Of a stretch of DNA of 64,000 nt, positions 1 to 9,927 are shown one piece after another. Source of the DNA: Patescibacteria group bacterium (GTDB lineage: Bacteria; Patescibacteriota; Patescibacteriia; Patescibacteriales; JBAZCA01); contig JBAZUL010000006.1 in assembly GCA_041661405.1 (NCBI GenBank), forward strand, positions 1,681 through 65,680, given 5' to 3'. Positions within the stretch are counted from its first letter, which is position 1; each line of letters opens with the position of its first letter. The translations under genes were made by a program, and so were the position numbers. The notes below the pieces were generated by a model. It made no database searches and was not told the origin of the DNA. It worked only from the letters and a program-made list of their open reading frames with translations.

Positions 1-3000
1 CCACACCTTGCGTAGGGCCGGATTGCCCGGGAAATTGCGAGCCGCCGTGCGCCTACGGGTTAACCTGCTGTCCCGGGGATTATTGCGCTGAAAGTTGCGG
101 AACTCCCCCGCCAGACGGTTCATTTCTTATAAACCGGACAATTCCGGGGAACGATGATGCTAATGTCATAAGAAATATCGTTATCAGGGCTTACTTTAAC
201 AAGCAGATTGACAACTCTACCAGCCAGACCGCGTTGGAAAATAATTTTAAGGTTGAAGATCTGGGCCAGGTCGCGAAAAACGGGGAATTAATCGCGAAAA
301 ATTATCCGCCGAAAATTATCGCCATGGAAGCAGAAGCCGCGAGCGACATCTCAGGAACCATAGCCACTTCTTCGGCCTGGCAAGAAATAAATTTTCGGCC
401 GCTCGCCGAATGCGGCGATGAAGATGATACGCCCAATTGTCTTCCCGGAAGCCGGCGGATCCAGGTAACTATAAACGGCGCCAGCGGAATTTTTTCAATC
501 GGCCGCCAGTCGCTTTCCTGCGCCGGGACGAGTTGCCGGTTTATTTTTACGACCGGAGAGTTAATTGATACTGAAGCGCCGACGTCAGGAATCATCCCGG
601 CTCAGATGTGCCGCGACGACGGCACCTTAAAGCCGGACGCTAATACGGTCGGCGGCTGGGGGCGGGATGATATTGCCATTGCCAAGCTGGAATTTTATTC
701 CCAAAAATCCGGCGGCCCGGAAAATCTCTCCCATCTTGAACCCGGCATTGGGCAAAAATATCAATACCTTGACTGGAAATATGATACTGCCGCCATGAAC
801 ATCGGCGACAACTACACTTTTAAAGTAAGAGCGGAAGATTTGGCCGCTTCGTCATCGGTAGCGAGTTTTGAAACGTCTATCAAACCCGGACATTGCTGTA
901 ACGGGAAAAAGGATGCTGATGAGGAAGACGTTGATTGCGGCGGTGATGATTGTTTAGCCTGCGTCGGACAGGTTTGTAACGTTCCGAAAACGCCTAACCA
1001 GTGCGCGTACAACGATAAGAATAATTGCCAGGATAATTTATGCGCTAGCTGGTTTTGCCCCTGCGCGACCGACGATTGTTTATGCAACGTAAAACCGATC
1101 ATTAAAGCCGTAACTCCGGAAGGAGGGTTCTGCAACGGTGACATTAACAGGTTTTGCCGGAGCAACGCGGATTGCATTGGCTCGGGCGACGGCACATGCA
1201 ACACCACTACCCCGAACGGGGCAATCGGCAATTTTATTACGATTCATGGAAACAATTTTGGGGCTCTAATTCCCGGGAGCGTTTATTTTTCCGGCGGATC
1301 AGGAGGATGGATTAAAGCAAAACTGGCAAACGACGGAACTAACGGCAATCCGCTCTGCGGAAGCGATGTCTGGAAGGACACGCAGGTCGTTGTTATTGTT
1401 CCGGCCGGCGCCCGACCGGGTCCGATTAAAATTGAAGCCTCGGGAAAAGAAGAATATCCCGATCTGACCAATGACGCTTATGGCCCTAACCTGGACGATT
1501 TTTTAGTAAATACAATTTCCCGGCCGGGAATCTGCAAACTGGATCCTGATCACGGGATAATGAACGGTCAAATCGGGTATTACGGCATAAAGATGGACGC
1601 CGGTTCAGCTTTTTTCGGTAATTTGATAAGCAATGTTGCCGGCCTGGAATCCCAGTTCAACGAAAAAATCGGCAACGTCAAGGTGCCGAACATAAGTCCC
1701 GGCCTTACTTCAAGTTTTGTAATTAAAAGCAACGTCAACAGTAATTTTCTTGATTTCACCAAAGACCAGGAACCGTATTTGGGGCCGCTTATTGAATCGT
1801 TTGATCCGCAAACCGGGACTTCAACCCAATACGTTACGATTTTGGGCCGCGGTTTTGGCAACTCGCGGGGAGAAAGCCGGGTATTTTTCGGGAATGAGAA
1901 CGGTAAAGAAGCCGGCTATAATTTTCCCAAAGTTTGCGCCTCGAGCGTCTGGACCGATAATCAGGTGATTGTAAAAGTCCCCGATCAAATCGCTGATGGA
2001 CTTTATTTACTAACCATGAAAATCGGAACTGTGGTTATAAATACATCTGAGCTGGCAACGCCAAAATTCAGGGTTGACAGTTCCGAACCGCTTAAGCCGA
2101 GCCTTTGTAAAATTCAGCCGGTCATGGGGCCGGTTGGCCAGCCGGTAAGTTTTTGGGGCGAATATTTCGGCGAGAAAGACGCAAACAGCAAGATAAAATT
2201 TTATCTGAATAAGTACCAGTCCGGTTCCTCAATCGGATTTTGGGGAACAGAAGACGCCCCTGATGGCATAGATCCTGACATAGCGACAACAACGGTTCCG
2301 GCTGGCGCCATAAGCGGACCGGTAAGGATTGTTAAGAATACGCCGGAACTGGCCGGAAACGGTTTGAATTTCAGGGTCGGAGAATGCTCCGAATCCGCGG
2401 AATGCGGAAGCGAAGCGGTATGCTGCCCTTCCGGCTCGGAGCGCCAGGGCCGCTGTATGGAAGGCGATAGCATTGAAGAAGCTTGCTACGACGTTTTCAG
2501 GTCCTGCGTTTATGAATGGGATTTTTCAACCGGAGCCAAAGTAGGCGACCCTTGTGATAAGGATAAAGACAAGGCCAAATGCCAGCCGGACCAGAACGTT
2601 TGCGGCAATGATTTGATATGCTACGTCGACGAAGAGAATCCCGAGCTGGATTGCACCTGCCAGTTGTCCTGCGATTTAAAACCCGGCGACGATCCCGTGG
2701 AAAACCAGGGGTGTCAGGCTGATGACAACAAGTGTAAAGACGAGCTTGGCGAGGATTATGTTTGCGATCCGAACAAAGGCTGTACCTGCCAGCCGACTTA
2801 CACTGAATCCTGTTCGGGTTATGATATAGAGCAGTGCGCCTATAATTATTGTTCGGGCCCGAAAAAACCGGGACAATGTAGTGTTAACGTTAAGCCTAAA
2901 GAAGGAAATAAATGCAACAATAAATATTGCAAAGATCTTTGCGGAGGCAAGTCCTGCGAGTATAACGAATCCCTGGATAAATGCGCGGATAAAACCGCGA

Positions 3001-6000
3001 TTTGCGGCTTATCCCACGAAGATACGATTCACGGAACTGACGGCAAAGATTATCCGGTTAATGAATATTGCGCCGCGTATAACGGAAAATCCCGCTGGCA
3101 GGTGAAAAATTTTGAGAATTGCAATCTGCTGGGCAATTCCTGGCGTAACGCCGGCAATAGCATTTGCGCCGATATCAGCTCTGAATGTGGGGGAGTCTGC
3201 GAAGTCGGGTTAAGTTGTGTCGGGGAAAACGGCAAAGACAATAACGGTGACGAGACTCCTGACGAGCCGTGGACCGGCATTTGCGGAGTTGACCGGTCGG
3301 TTTGCGGTTCGGATTATGAATGCAGAAACGGAACCTGTCAGCAGAAAGTTGAAGGCAGTTGCGAGTGTTGTTGCCAGAAAAGCGAGAACAAATTCGATCC
3401 GGCCGGAAACTTTAAATATAATCCCCAGTGTTGCGCGCCCCTAAAATGCGGAAGCGAGTGCGGAGAGAGCGTTGGCAAGCCGGATAAAGTCTGCAAAAAA
3501 TCCGACGGCACGCTAACAAAGAAAAAATGCGACACAGACCCGGATTGCGATTCCGCGGTCGGGGAAACTTGCGTTGAAAATTTGTTGGCAAAGGATTTCG
3601 GGCTTTGCTCCGCCTGCCGGATTGACAGCGATAATAACGGTGAAATTTCGCCCGAAGAACAGAACAAATCCGATGAAGCCTGTAATTGTCCCGGATCAAC
3701 CGGGAAATACTGCGATGCCGAGACTGACGCGAACGCTGACGGAAAGCTGGACAGCCAGGACGGAGTCTGCCGCGAATGTGGAGAATTAAGTTATTATCCC
3801 GCCGAGTGCACGGAGCATGATGCGTCCTGCTGTGTTGACGGCAAGGTTGGCAATGTCTGCCGGGGGATAACGCCCGGCGGAGGGACGGTTAAGGTTGATT
3901 CGGGAAAGGAAAAACTGTCTTATTGCGGCTATTATAAATGCGGAACCAGTATAGACCAATACCAATGCGACAGCGATAATCCAAGCGCCGCGCTTATTGA
4001 TCCGGACAATTATCCGTATGATAAACCAAATTGCAACGGCGAATGCGGATCTCCGCCCGGAGGCTCGTGCTATAACAAGAAAAAGGAACTTTGTTCGCTT
4101 AATTGCTGGATGGAAAATGTTTATAAATGTTTTGGTGAATCGGGGTGCGAAGACATGAATACCGATCCCGACCTGCCGCCAGCCTGTAATGCCGGAGACG
4201 GATCCTGCCTTTGCTGTTGCGACCCGAGTAAAACCGGAACAGATTCCTCTGATCTTAAAAATTACGACGCCTGCCAGGAATTGGATAACAAGAAATTAAA
4301 ATGCGAACCAGATAAAGAGCCTTGCACCTCTGAAAAAAGAGGGCTCTGTTGCGGTTGCGAAGCTGATACGGATTGTATCCGGCCGGACGAGAATGTGGCG
4401 GATCTTGTCGGTTGCGGATTTGACGCCTGTTGCCGGGCCCGGCCGGAGGTAGAAGATGGAAGTGAAATGCCTAAGAACGGCCAAAAAGACGCCTGCCGGA
4501 ACGCGCGGATCAGCGCGAAATTTACCGAGCGGATGGATATCCAAAGTTTTCCGAGCAGTATAATCGTAGCCGGCGAATATAACGGCAAATGCCCGGACGG
4601 AACCGTTTATCTCGCGTTCGGCGGCGAAGAACCCGGATTTTTTAAACGGATGATTGCGAGAATTTCCGGACTGGTAAAAAAAATATTGCATTTTAATTCA
4701 AAAGAAGCCATTGCCCTAGCTCCGGCATCGGATAAGAATTACTGCGCGGTTAAGGGAAGCGTCTCCGGTTATCAGACCGCCGGAAAGAAAACCGAAATAA
4801 TTTTTTCCGTAAGCAAACTTTTAGATCCGGGCCGGCAATATTATGTTATTATTAAAGGCGATGAAAAGCTGGACAGCCAATCCGGAGTATTCAGTTTCTG
4901 GAAAATCGGCATGAACGGCAAAGGCTATAACGACCCTTTTGACGATCTTGACGACGGCTGGAATGAACTGGAATCAGTCACTTTCAACGGCAAGACTTAT
5001 ACAAATTCCCATGTCTGGACTTTTAAAACCATGGACAGCAAGTCGGAAAATGAAGGCGTTTGCACGGTAAAAGACGTTACTATTGACCCGGATTCATATT
5101 TATATAAAACAAATATTGACGACCTGGCGGAAAACGACGCCGACCCGGCTGACCGGACTTTTGACACGGCCTATGATATTGATAAAGTTTTTCTTTCCAA
5201 AGCCTTGTCAAAAGACGGCCAGGTTTTAGTACCGGTTAAAGGTTATAGCTGGAACTGGAACTGGCTGATTGATAATCCCCGGGTAGCGAATATTTCTTCA
5301 GCTCCGGATCATATTTTTTCCAACAGTACCCCGGAGAGCGACCGCCAGCTCATTCGGGCTAACGATAAAATAACTGACGGGGAAACTTTCGCCAAAGCCG
5401 CGGTGAACTTTGACGATAAAAATACGGTCGGGCAAAAATCAGGTTCAGTCTCCGGCAAAGCCAATATTTGGGTTTTTATCTGCGATAACCCTTGGCCGGC
5501 GATTAAAAACGGTCTCTGGGCGCCGTGGATTGATAAGGGGGCGGAAGAGTTTTGCAATGCCGGAAAGACCGGCGCGGGCGCTTCGTGCCAGAATACCAAT
5601 TACGAACTCTATTACTGTCGCGACTCAGGCGCGGAAGGAACAGCCGATGATTTGCCGGTTATTAACGCGGACTCAATATTCCGGCGCGACCCGGACACGA
5701 AAATTCTTAAAGAAGTTTATTATTTAAGAGGCCAGCTGCCGGCCGGCGGGTATGATTTGTTTGGACTCAGCGGCACGACTGATTCGGCCGGTGAAAAGGT
5801 CGCCCTCCATTGGTCGCGCCAGGCTTATGTCGGCGGTTACAAAGTATATTACGGTATTAATTCCGGCGATTATATTTTTAATAAGACTCTTGACGCCATA
5901 GAGAGCGGAGATCCGGCTGATAAGCAAGTTATATGCACCGCTGCCGGGTGCGATTATGTGGTTTCCGCCCTGACTAATGGTCAGACTTATTACTTTGCCG

Positions 6001-6656
6001 TTACTTCTTATAGCAAGGAAACTTCTGCCGAGAGCGCTTACTCAAGCGAGATAAGCGCGAAGGCCGAGGATAAGGTTGGGCCGGGTAATGTTAAGGACAG
6101 CGAAATTAAAACGACATTGTCCAGCAATCAGGTGAAATTGGAATATACTCTGGCGACCGACGCGGTAAGCTCCGAAGTGTTTTATAAGGCGGTGGCGGAC
6201 AAGGATAGTTGCAACGGAGCAATCGTTTTCGGCGGTTCGGTTAAAAGCACGCAAAAGGACGGTAAAGGAACGGCAACGGTTAAGTCTTTAACTAACGGCA
6301 GCCGCTACTGTTTCGGCGTCGTCGCTTATGACTCTTCAATAAATCCGAGTGCCACAACGACTCTTACCGCTGTCCCTTTTTCAAACCTGAGCAATCTCAA
6401 GGCTGAGTCAGCCGAGACCGGAAAAGCGCGGTTAAGCTGGGGCGCGGCCAAAGGAATCGCCGAGTATGACGTTTATCAAAAGAAAGATGGTGACGCGGAC
6501 TACGCGAGAGTCAGAGAGGATCTTCCTTCCGATTATACCTATTACAATCTTGACAGCCTTGAGAACGAAAAGAAATATTATTTTAAAGTAAGCCCGAAGA
6601 ATATTGACGGAGTTGATAGCGCCTATTTGAATGAGGTAAATATAGTTATAAAATAA
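1..6656 (+). CDS. Giant cysteine-rich cell-surface protein, 5' end outside window (IPT/TIG-like repeats, Cys-rich core, Ig-like region, C-terminal FN3-like repeats)
   Basis: The frame is open from nt 3 (TPCVGPDCPGNCEPPCAYGLTCCPGDYC...) straight into tracked ORF 234..6656, so TTG-234 is not the start. Four units show a GxxxTIxGxxFG ... V.VP pattern (IPT/TIG-like). A core of about 700 aa is packed with CxxC/CC motifs. Three C-terminal units of about 90 aa end in YYFAV / YCFGVVAYD / YYFKV (FN3-like). Confidence 0.8.
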   Translation, partial: TPCVGPDCPGNCEPPCAYGLTCCPGDYCAESCGTPPPDGSFLINRTIPGNDDANVIRNIVIRAYFNKQIDNSTSQTALENNFKVEDLGQVAKNGELIAKNYPPKIIAMEAEAASDISGTIATSSAWQEINFRPLAECGDEDDTPNCLPGSRRIQVTINGASGIFSIGRQSLSCAGTSCRFIFTTGELIDTEAPTSGIIPAQMCRDDGTLKPDANTVGGWGRDDIAIAKLEFYSQKSGGPENLSHLEPGIGQKYQYLDWKYDTAAMNIGDNYTFKVRAEDLAASSSVASFETSIKPGHCCNGKKDADEEDVDCGGDDCLACVGQVCNVPKTPNQCAYNDKNNCQDNLCASWFCPCATDDCLCNVKPIIKAVTPEGGFCNGDINRFCRSNADCIGSGDGTCNTTTPNGAIGNFITIHGNNFGALIPGSVYFSGGSGGWIKAKLANDGTNGNPLCGSDVWKDTQVVVIVPAGARPGPIKIEASGKEEYPDLTNDAYGPNLDDFLVNTISRPGICKLDPDHGIMNGQIGYYGIKMDAGSAFFGNLISNVAGLESQFNEKIGNVKVPNISPGLTSSFVIKSNVNSNFLDFTKDQEPYLGPLIESFDPQTGTSTQYVTILGRGFGNSRGESRVFFGNENGKEAGYNFPKVCASSVWTDNQVIVKVPDQIADGLYLLTMKIGTVVINTSELATPKFRVDSSEPLKPSLCKIQPVMGPVGQPVSFWGEYFGEKDANSKIKFYLNKYQSGSSIGFWGTEDAPDGIDPDIATTTVPAGAISGPVRIVKNTPELAGNGLNFRVGECSESAECGSEAVCCPSGSERQGRCMEGDSIEEACYDVFRSCVYEWDFSTGAKVGDPCDKDKDKAKCQPDQNVCGNDLICYVDEENPELDCTCQLSCDLKPGDDPVENQGCQADDNKCKDELGEDYVCDPNKGCTCQPTYTESCSGYDIEQCAYNYCSGPKKPGQCSVNVKPKEGNKCNNKYCKDLCGGKSCEYNESLDKCADKTAICGLSHEDTIHGTDGKDYPVNEYCAAYNGKSRWQVKNFENCNLLGNSWRNAGNSICADISSECGGVCEVGLSCVGENGKDNNGDETPDEPWTGICGVDRSVCGSDYECRNGTCQQKVEGSCECCCQKSENKFDPAGNFKYNPQCCAPLKCGSECGESVGKPDKVCKKSDGTLTKKKCDTDPDCDSAVGETCVENLLAKDFGLCSACRIDSDNNGEISPEEQNKSDEACNCPGSTGKYCDAETDANADGKLDSQDGVCRECGELSYYPAECTEHDASCCVDGKVGNVCRGITPGGGTVKVDSGKEKLSYCGYYKCGTSIDQYQCDSDNPSAALIDPDNYPYDKPNCNGECGSPPGGSCYNKKKELCSLNCWMENVYKCFGESGCEDMNTDPDLPPACNAGDGSCLCCCDPSKTGTDSSDLKNYDACQELDNKKLKCEPDKEPCTSEKRGLCCGCEADTDCIRPDENVADLVGCGFDACCRARPEVEDGSEMPKNGQKDACRNARISAKFTERMDIQSFPSSIIVAGEYNGKCPDGTVYLAFGGEEPGFFKRMIARISGLVKKILHFNSKEAIALAPASDKNYCAVKGSVSGYQTAGKKTEIIFSVSKLLDPGRQYYVIIKGDEKLDSQSGVFSFWKIGMNGKGYNDPFDDLDDGWNELESVTFNGKTYTNSHVWTFKTMDSKSENEGVCTVKDVTIDPDSYLYKTNIDDLAENDADPADRTFDTAYDIDKVFLSKALSKDGQVLVPVKGYSWNWNWLIDNPRVANISSAPDHIFSNSTPESDRQLIRANDKITDGETFAKAAVNFDDKNTVGQKSGSVSGKANIWVFICDNPWPAIKNGLWAPWIDKGAEEFCNAGKTGAGASCQNTNYELYYCRDSGAEGTADDLPVINADSIFRRDPDTKILKEVYYLRGQLPAGGYDLFGLSGTTDSAGEKVALHWSRQAYVGGYKVYYGINSGDYIFNKTLDAIESGDPADKQVICTAAGCDYVVSALTNGQTYYFAVTSYSKETSAESAYSSEISAKAEDKVGPGNVKDSEIKTTLSSNQVKLEYTLATDAVSSEVFYKAVADKDSCNGAIVFGGSVKSTQKDGKGTATVKSLTNGSRYCFGVVAYDSSINPSATTTLTAVPFSNLSNLKAESAETGKARLSWGAAKGIAEYDVYQKKDGDADYARVREDLPSDYTYYNLDSLENEKKYYFKVSPKNIDGVDSAYLNEVNIVIK

Positions 6657-6717
6657 TATCCGCTGAATTTTGTGTTTAATTATTATTCGCGCGAGGCATC
6701 CTCGCTTTTTAACTTCT

Positions 6718-7476
6718 ATGTTTGACAACCAGAACCCAAACGCCAATCAAAAATTAACTCCTCCGACTCCTGGCCCGGCCAAACAGCCGGTGGAAGACAT
6801 TTTTTCCCAGATGGACGGCGGGACAAAGGCGTCTCGTCCGGAAATTTTAGCGCCAAAAGATCCCGGCCAGCCCGGTGAAAAAAGCGGCGAAGTTGATGTC
6901 TTTAAAAAATCAGTGGATTCAAAAAGGATAGTTCTGGCCGGTATCGGGCTTAGCGGAATAATTTTAATTTTTATCGGAGCATGGTATAGTTATAATATCT
7001 TTTTACCCAAGCGGCAAGAAACAAAAGAAAATCCGGCTGTTGCGGAGGAAAAGGATGAAGCAACCGATAAGGCGGTCGCGACCGATTCGCAAACAGCTTC
7101 CTCAACCGGAGCAACGGGCGAATCAGAAGAGCTGAATGAAGACAATTCTGGAGCGCTTTTTGGAACGGATGTCCTGGAAAACCCAGTTGAATCCGGCAAC
7201 GAGGAAAAAAACAGCGAAACAGACGCAACTGATTCCGTTCGCGATAGCGATAACGACGGCTTAAAAGACGCGGAAGAAGCGGAATTAGGCACTGATCCGG
7301 AAAAAATTGACACTGACGGCGACGGCCTTTTTGACAACGAAGAAGTTTCGGTCTATAAAACCGATCCCTTAAATCCCGACACTGACGGCGACAGCTATTC
7401 GGACGGAAGTGAAATAAAGAACGGTTACGACCCGAAAGGACCGGGTAAATTGTTTGGAGTTATACCAGCAGAATAG
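6718..7476 (+). CDS. Single-pass membrane protein with thrombospondin type-3-like (DxDxDGxxDxxE) repeats
   Basis: The tracked ORF starts at TTG 6670; the first ATG is at 6718 (MFDNQNPN). There is one hydrophobic helix (IVLAGIGLSGIILIFIGAWY) and an acidic linker. Repeats follow: DSDNDGLKDAEE, DTDGDGLFDNEE, DTDGDSYSDGSE. Confidence 0.55.
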   Translation: MFDNQNPNANQKLTPPTPGPAKQPVEDIFSQMDGGTKASRPEILAPKDPGQPGEKSGEVDVFKKSVDSKRIVLAGIGLSGIILIFIGAWYSYNIFLPKRQETKENPAVAEEKDEATDKAVATDSQTASSTGATGESEELNEDNSGALFGTDVLENPVESGNEEKNSETDATDSVRDSDNDGLKDAEEAELGTDPEKIDTDGDGLFDNEEVSVYKTDPLNPDTDGDSYSDGSEIKNGYDPKGPGKLFGVIPAE

Positions 7477-7479
7477 TTT

Positions 7480-8850
7480 ATGTTTAAATTTTTTAAAAAA
7501 TTTGGTTTTAAGGGCGGTTCCGCGAACACGGATCCGCCGGTTAAAGACGAAAAGAAAAAGGCGGAAGTAAGCGAGCCGTTAAATATCACCGTCCATGTAA
7601 TGCCTGAGCGCTTCCGGACCGCCGCTCATTTAGCGAGAAAATCAAAAAGCGCCGGGATGGTTATTCTTATCGGCGGAATCGTTCTGCTTCTTGTATCGGG
7701 CGGAGCGGGCTATTATTATATTTTTGTTAAACAAAAAGCCGGGACGGAAAAAAAATCCGCCACGGACGTCGCGGAAGACCAAAATAAAAATGCTCCGGCG
7801 GCTGAGGATGAAAATATCCAAGAAGAAAAGGTGGCGGCCCAGAAAATTGAAGACGCGAAAAAGAGCTACCTGGATTTTAAGAAAAGTTTGGCCGAAGCCG
7901 GTACTTTGGAAAATTACGAGCGCGTTTACGCAAGCCTGGCCGGGGCGGAGCTTTTGGCTGAGTGGCAGGCTTTGAAAGAGAAGATTGACAAGCTCGGCGA
8001 GGATGAAAAAGAAAAATTTTTGGCCCTGTTAAAAAATTTTCGGCCGGGAGCCGGGGAAATTGAGCAAGGTTTATCCGGGGAGGTAAGCGCTGCCGGAGTG
8101 AACCTCTCGGCCGGATCGGCCGCTTTCGCTATCACAGCCGGCCTTTCCGGCGATAACGGGAATTGGCGGCTTGTGAATGAATCGGGTTTTGAGTATTTTG
8201 ACGATAATAATGCCACGACGACTCTGGCCGAATGGCTCAGCGCCAATGAAACGCCTAAACTGCCGGAAAGCGATATTGAATATATTCCGGGAAGCGACTC
8301 GGACGCCGACGGCCTCATTGATAAGGAAGAGGCCATACTCGGGACGGATTCCGCCAGCGCCGATTCTGACGCTGACGGGTATCCTGATTCGGAAGAGCTT
8401 AATAATTTGTATAATCCCGCCGGGAGCGGCAAGCTTACCGATAACCAGGGGATAAAAAAATATTCTAACTCGTCTTTTAATTACGAATTTTTATACCCGG
8501 CCGGCTGGAGCGAAGAAAAATCGGGCGGCGAGGGAGTGATTTTTCGGTCGCCGGACAACCAATTTTTAGCAATGCTGGTTCAGCCTAACGCCGATAAGGA
8601 AGACATTGAAGCCTGGTATTTAAAGCAGTTTGATATTGCTTCGGCGCCGGCGGAATGGAAAACGGAAAAAGTCGGCCCGGACGGCGCGCCAATCTGGCAA
8701 GGCGTAAAGAGCCCGGACGCGCTCACGCTATATGTTACCGACGCGGATAAAGAATATATTTATGTTTTGACTTACAGTCCGGGAGAGGGACGGACGCTTG
8801 ACTATAAGAATATTTTTGAAATGATGATAAAAAGTTTTACCCTGTTTTAA
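7480..8850 (+). CDS. Membrane-anchored protein with charged helical region and thrombospondin type-3-like repeats
   Basis: Starts 4 nt after the preceding stop. TM helix GMVILIGGIVLLLVSGGAGYYYIF. Repeats DSDADGLIDKEE and DSDADGYPDSEE. Confidence 0.55.
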   Translation: MFKFFKKFGFKGGSANTDPPVKDEKKKAEVSEPLNITVHVMPERFRTAAHLARKSKSAGMVILIGGIVLLLVSGGAGYYYIFVKQKAGTEKKSATDVAEDQNKNAPAAEDENIQEEKVAAQKIEDAKKSYLDFKKSLAEAGTLENYERVYASLAGAELLAEWQALKEKIDKLGEDEKEKFLALLKNFRPGAGEIEQGLSGEVSAAGVNLSAGSAAFAITAGLSGDNGNWRLVNESGFEYFDDNNATTTLAEWLSANETPKLPESDIEYIPGSDSDADGLIDKEEAILGTDSASADSDADGYPDSEELNNLYNPAGSGKLTDNQGIKKYSNSSFNYEFLYPAGWSEEKSGGEGVIFRSPDNQFLAMLVQPNADKEDIEAWYLKQFDIASAPAEWKTEKVGPDGAPIWQGVKSPDALTLYVTDADKEYIYVLTYSPGEGRTLDYKNIFEMMIKSFTLF

Positions 8851-8911
8851 CCGTCCCGGATAATAGAACCCGATTTTTAGTGACTGGTGATAAAAACGTT
8901 TTCCCGGATAA

Positions 8912-9364
8912 TTGAAAATTTATTCAGGCCAATTTATCGCGAATCATAAAATTATTAGCGTGGTAGAAATCAACAATCAAACAAAAAATAAAATTGATTT
9001 GGCGCGGCTGAAAAGAATCGCCGAAATATTCCTGAAATCCCGTCATAAGGCCGGCCATGAGCTTTCCGTCGCGATTGTCGGCGACGCGGCCATGAGGAAA
9101 CTTAATCGCGCGTACCGGAAAATTGACAAGCCGACCGACGTTTTATCCTTTACGGGAGAGGGTAAATTTTTCGGCGAGATTATTCTTGATTACAACCAGA
9201 TCAAAAAGCAGGCAAAGGAGTTGAATAAAAGCGTTAAAGATGAGCTGGTTTTTATCCTTGTCCACGGACTCCTGCATTTAGAGGGGTATGACGATAAAGT
9301 GGAAAAAGACCGGCTTAAGATGATAAAGCTGGGGGAGGAATTTTTAGAGAATGTAAAAATTTGA
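8912..9364 (+). CDS. ybeY: rRNA maturation endoribonuclease YbeY
   Basis: 150-aa protein with a VHGLLHLEGYDD metal-site region typical of YbeY/UPF0054. The position normally holding the third His reads D. The TTG start is uncertain. Confidence 0.8.
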   Translation: MKIYSGQFIANHKIISVVEINNQTKNKIDLARLKRIAEIFLKSRHKAGHELSVAIVGDAAMRKLNRAYRKIDKPTDVLSFTGEGKFFGEIILDYNQIKKQAKELNKSVKDELVFILVHGLLHLEGYDDKVEKDRLKMIKLGEEFLENVKI

Positions 9365-9367
9365 ATC

Positions 9368-9429
9368 ATGAATTATGAATAATGAACCATGAAGTTTAAA
9401 ATCAGCATAATTCATGATTCATAATTCAT
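9368..9429. repeat. AT-rich imperfect inverted repeat between ybeY and dgkA
   Basis: atgaattatgaataatgaa (9368..9386) is complementary to ttcatgattcataattcat (9411..9429) with one mismatch. The arms extend to about 24 nt with 2 mismatches. Confidence 0.7.
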
Positions 9430-9443
9430 TATTCATTCATACC

Positions 9444-9809
9444 ATGATTCGCGTTAAACGCCTGGCAAAAAGTTTTACTTACGCTTTTAAGGGCCTCCAC
9501 AAGGTTTATCGGGAAGAGCAGAACATAAGAATTCTTTTCGCCGTTGCCCTGGGAGCAGTTATTTTAGCGGCCTATCTCCGGATCAGCCGGATTGAATGGT
9601 GCGTCCTGATTTTTTCTCTCACCCTGCCGATTTTAATGGAAACCATAAACAGCGCCGTGGAAAGGGTGGCCGACGTCTTAAAGCCCAGGATTGACCGGTA
9701 TGTCAAGGAAGTGAAAGATATCATGGCCGCCGCGGTTCTTTTAGCTTCGCTCGCGACCCTGATTATTGGAACAGTGATTTTTCTGCCCTATTTACTTGGC
9801 GGAAGTTAA
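9444..9809 (+). CDS. dgkA: Diacylglycerol/undecaprenol kinase family membrane protein
   Basis: Motifs SFTYAFKGL, EQNIRI and E..NSAVERVAD of the prokaryotic DAGK family, with about 3 TM helices. ATG 9444 is preferred over tracked 9414, which lies inside the upstream hairpin. Confidence 0.7.
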   Translation: MIRVKRLAKSFTYAFKGLHKVYREEQNIRILFAVALGAVILAAYLRISRIEWCVLIFSLTLPILMETINSAVERVADVLKPRIDRYVKEVKDIMAAAVLLASLATLIIGTVIFLPYLLGGS

Positions 9810-9824
9810 TAATTTTGGTATAAT
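9796..9824 (+). promoter_or_regulatory. Putative sigma70-type promoter for ftsA-ftsZ (TTGGCG-17-TATAAT with extended -10 TG)
   Basis: ttggcg at 9796..9801. TGgTATAAT has its -10 at 9819..9824. The promoter lies in the 3' end of dgkA. Confidence 0.5.
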
Positions 9825-9895
9825 GAATTAGACTTTAGGGTGTAGCGTTTAGTGTATAGGATAAAGCAGGCAGTATTAACCTGATGGAAATAATT

Positions 9896-9927
9896 CTAAA
9901 CGCTAAACGCTAAACGCTAAACGCTAA
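9896..9927 (+). repeat. Tandem heptamer (CTAAACG) x4 plus partial copy in the ftsA leader
   Basis: Read directly: ctaaacg ctaaacg ctaaacg ctaaacg ctaa. The complementary tagcgtttag lies at 9843..9852. Confidence 0.95.

Noticed and set aside
234-236. TTG 234 as the start codon of the giant protein (ORF track)
   Set aside because: The same frame is open and clearly coding (Cys-rich, Ig-like sequence) from nt 3. The gene starts upstream of the window.
9896-9927. CRISPR array (also considered for 30483..30534 and 51049..51507)
   Set aside because: The repeats are contiguous with no spacers (heptamers), or are coding 153-bp units. No cas genes are present.
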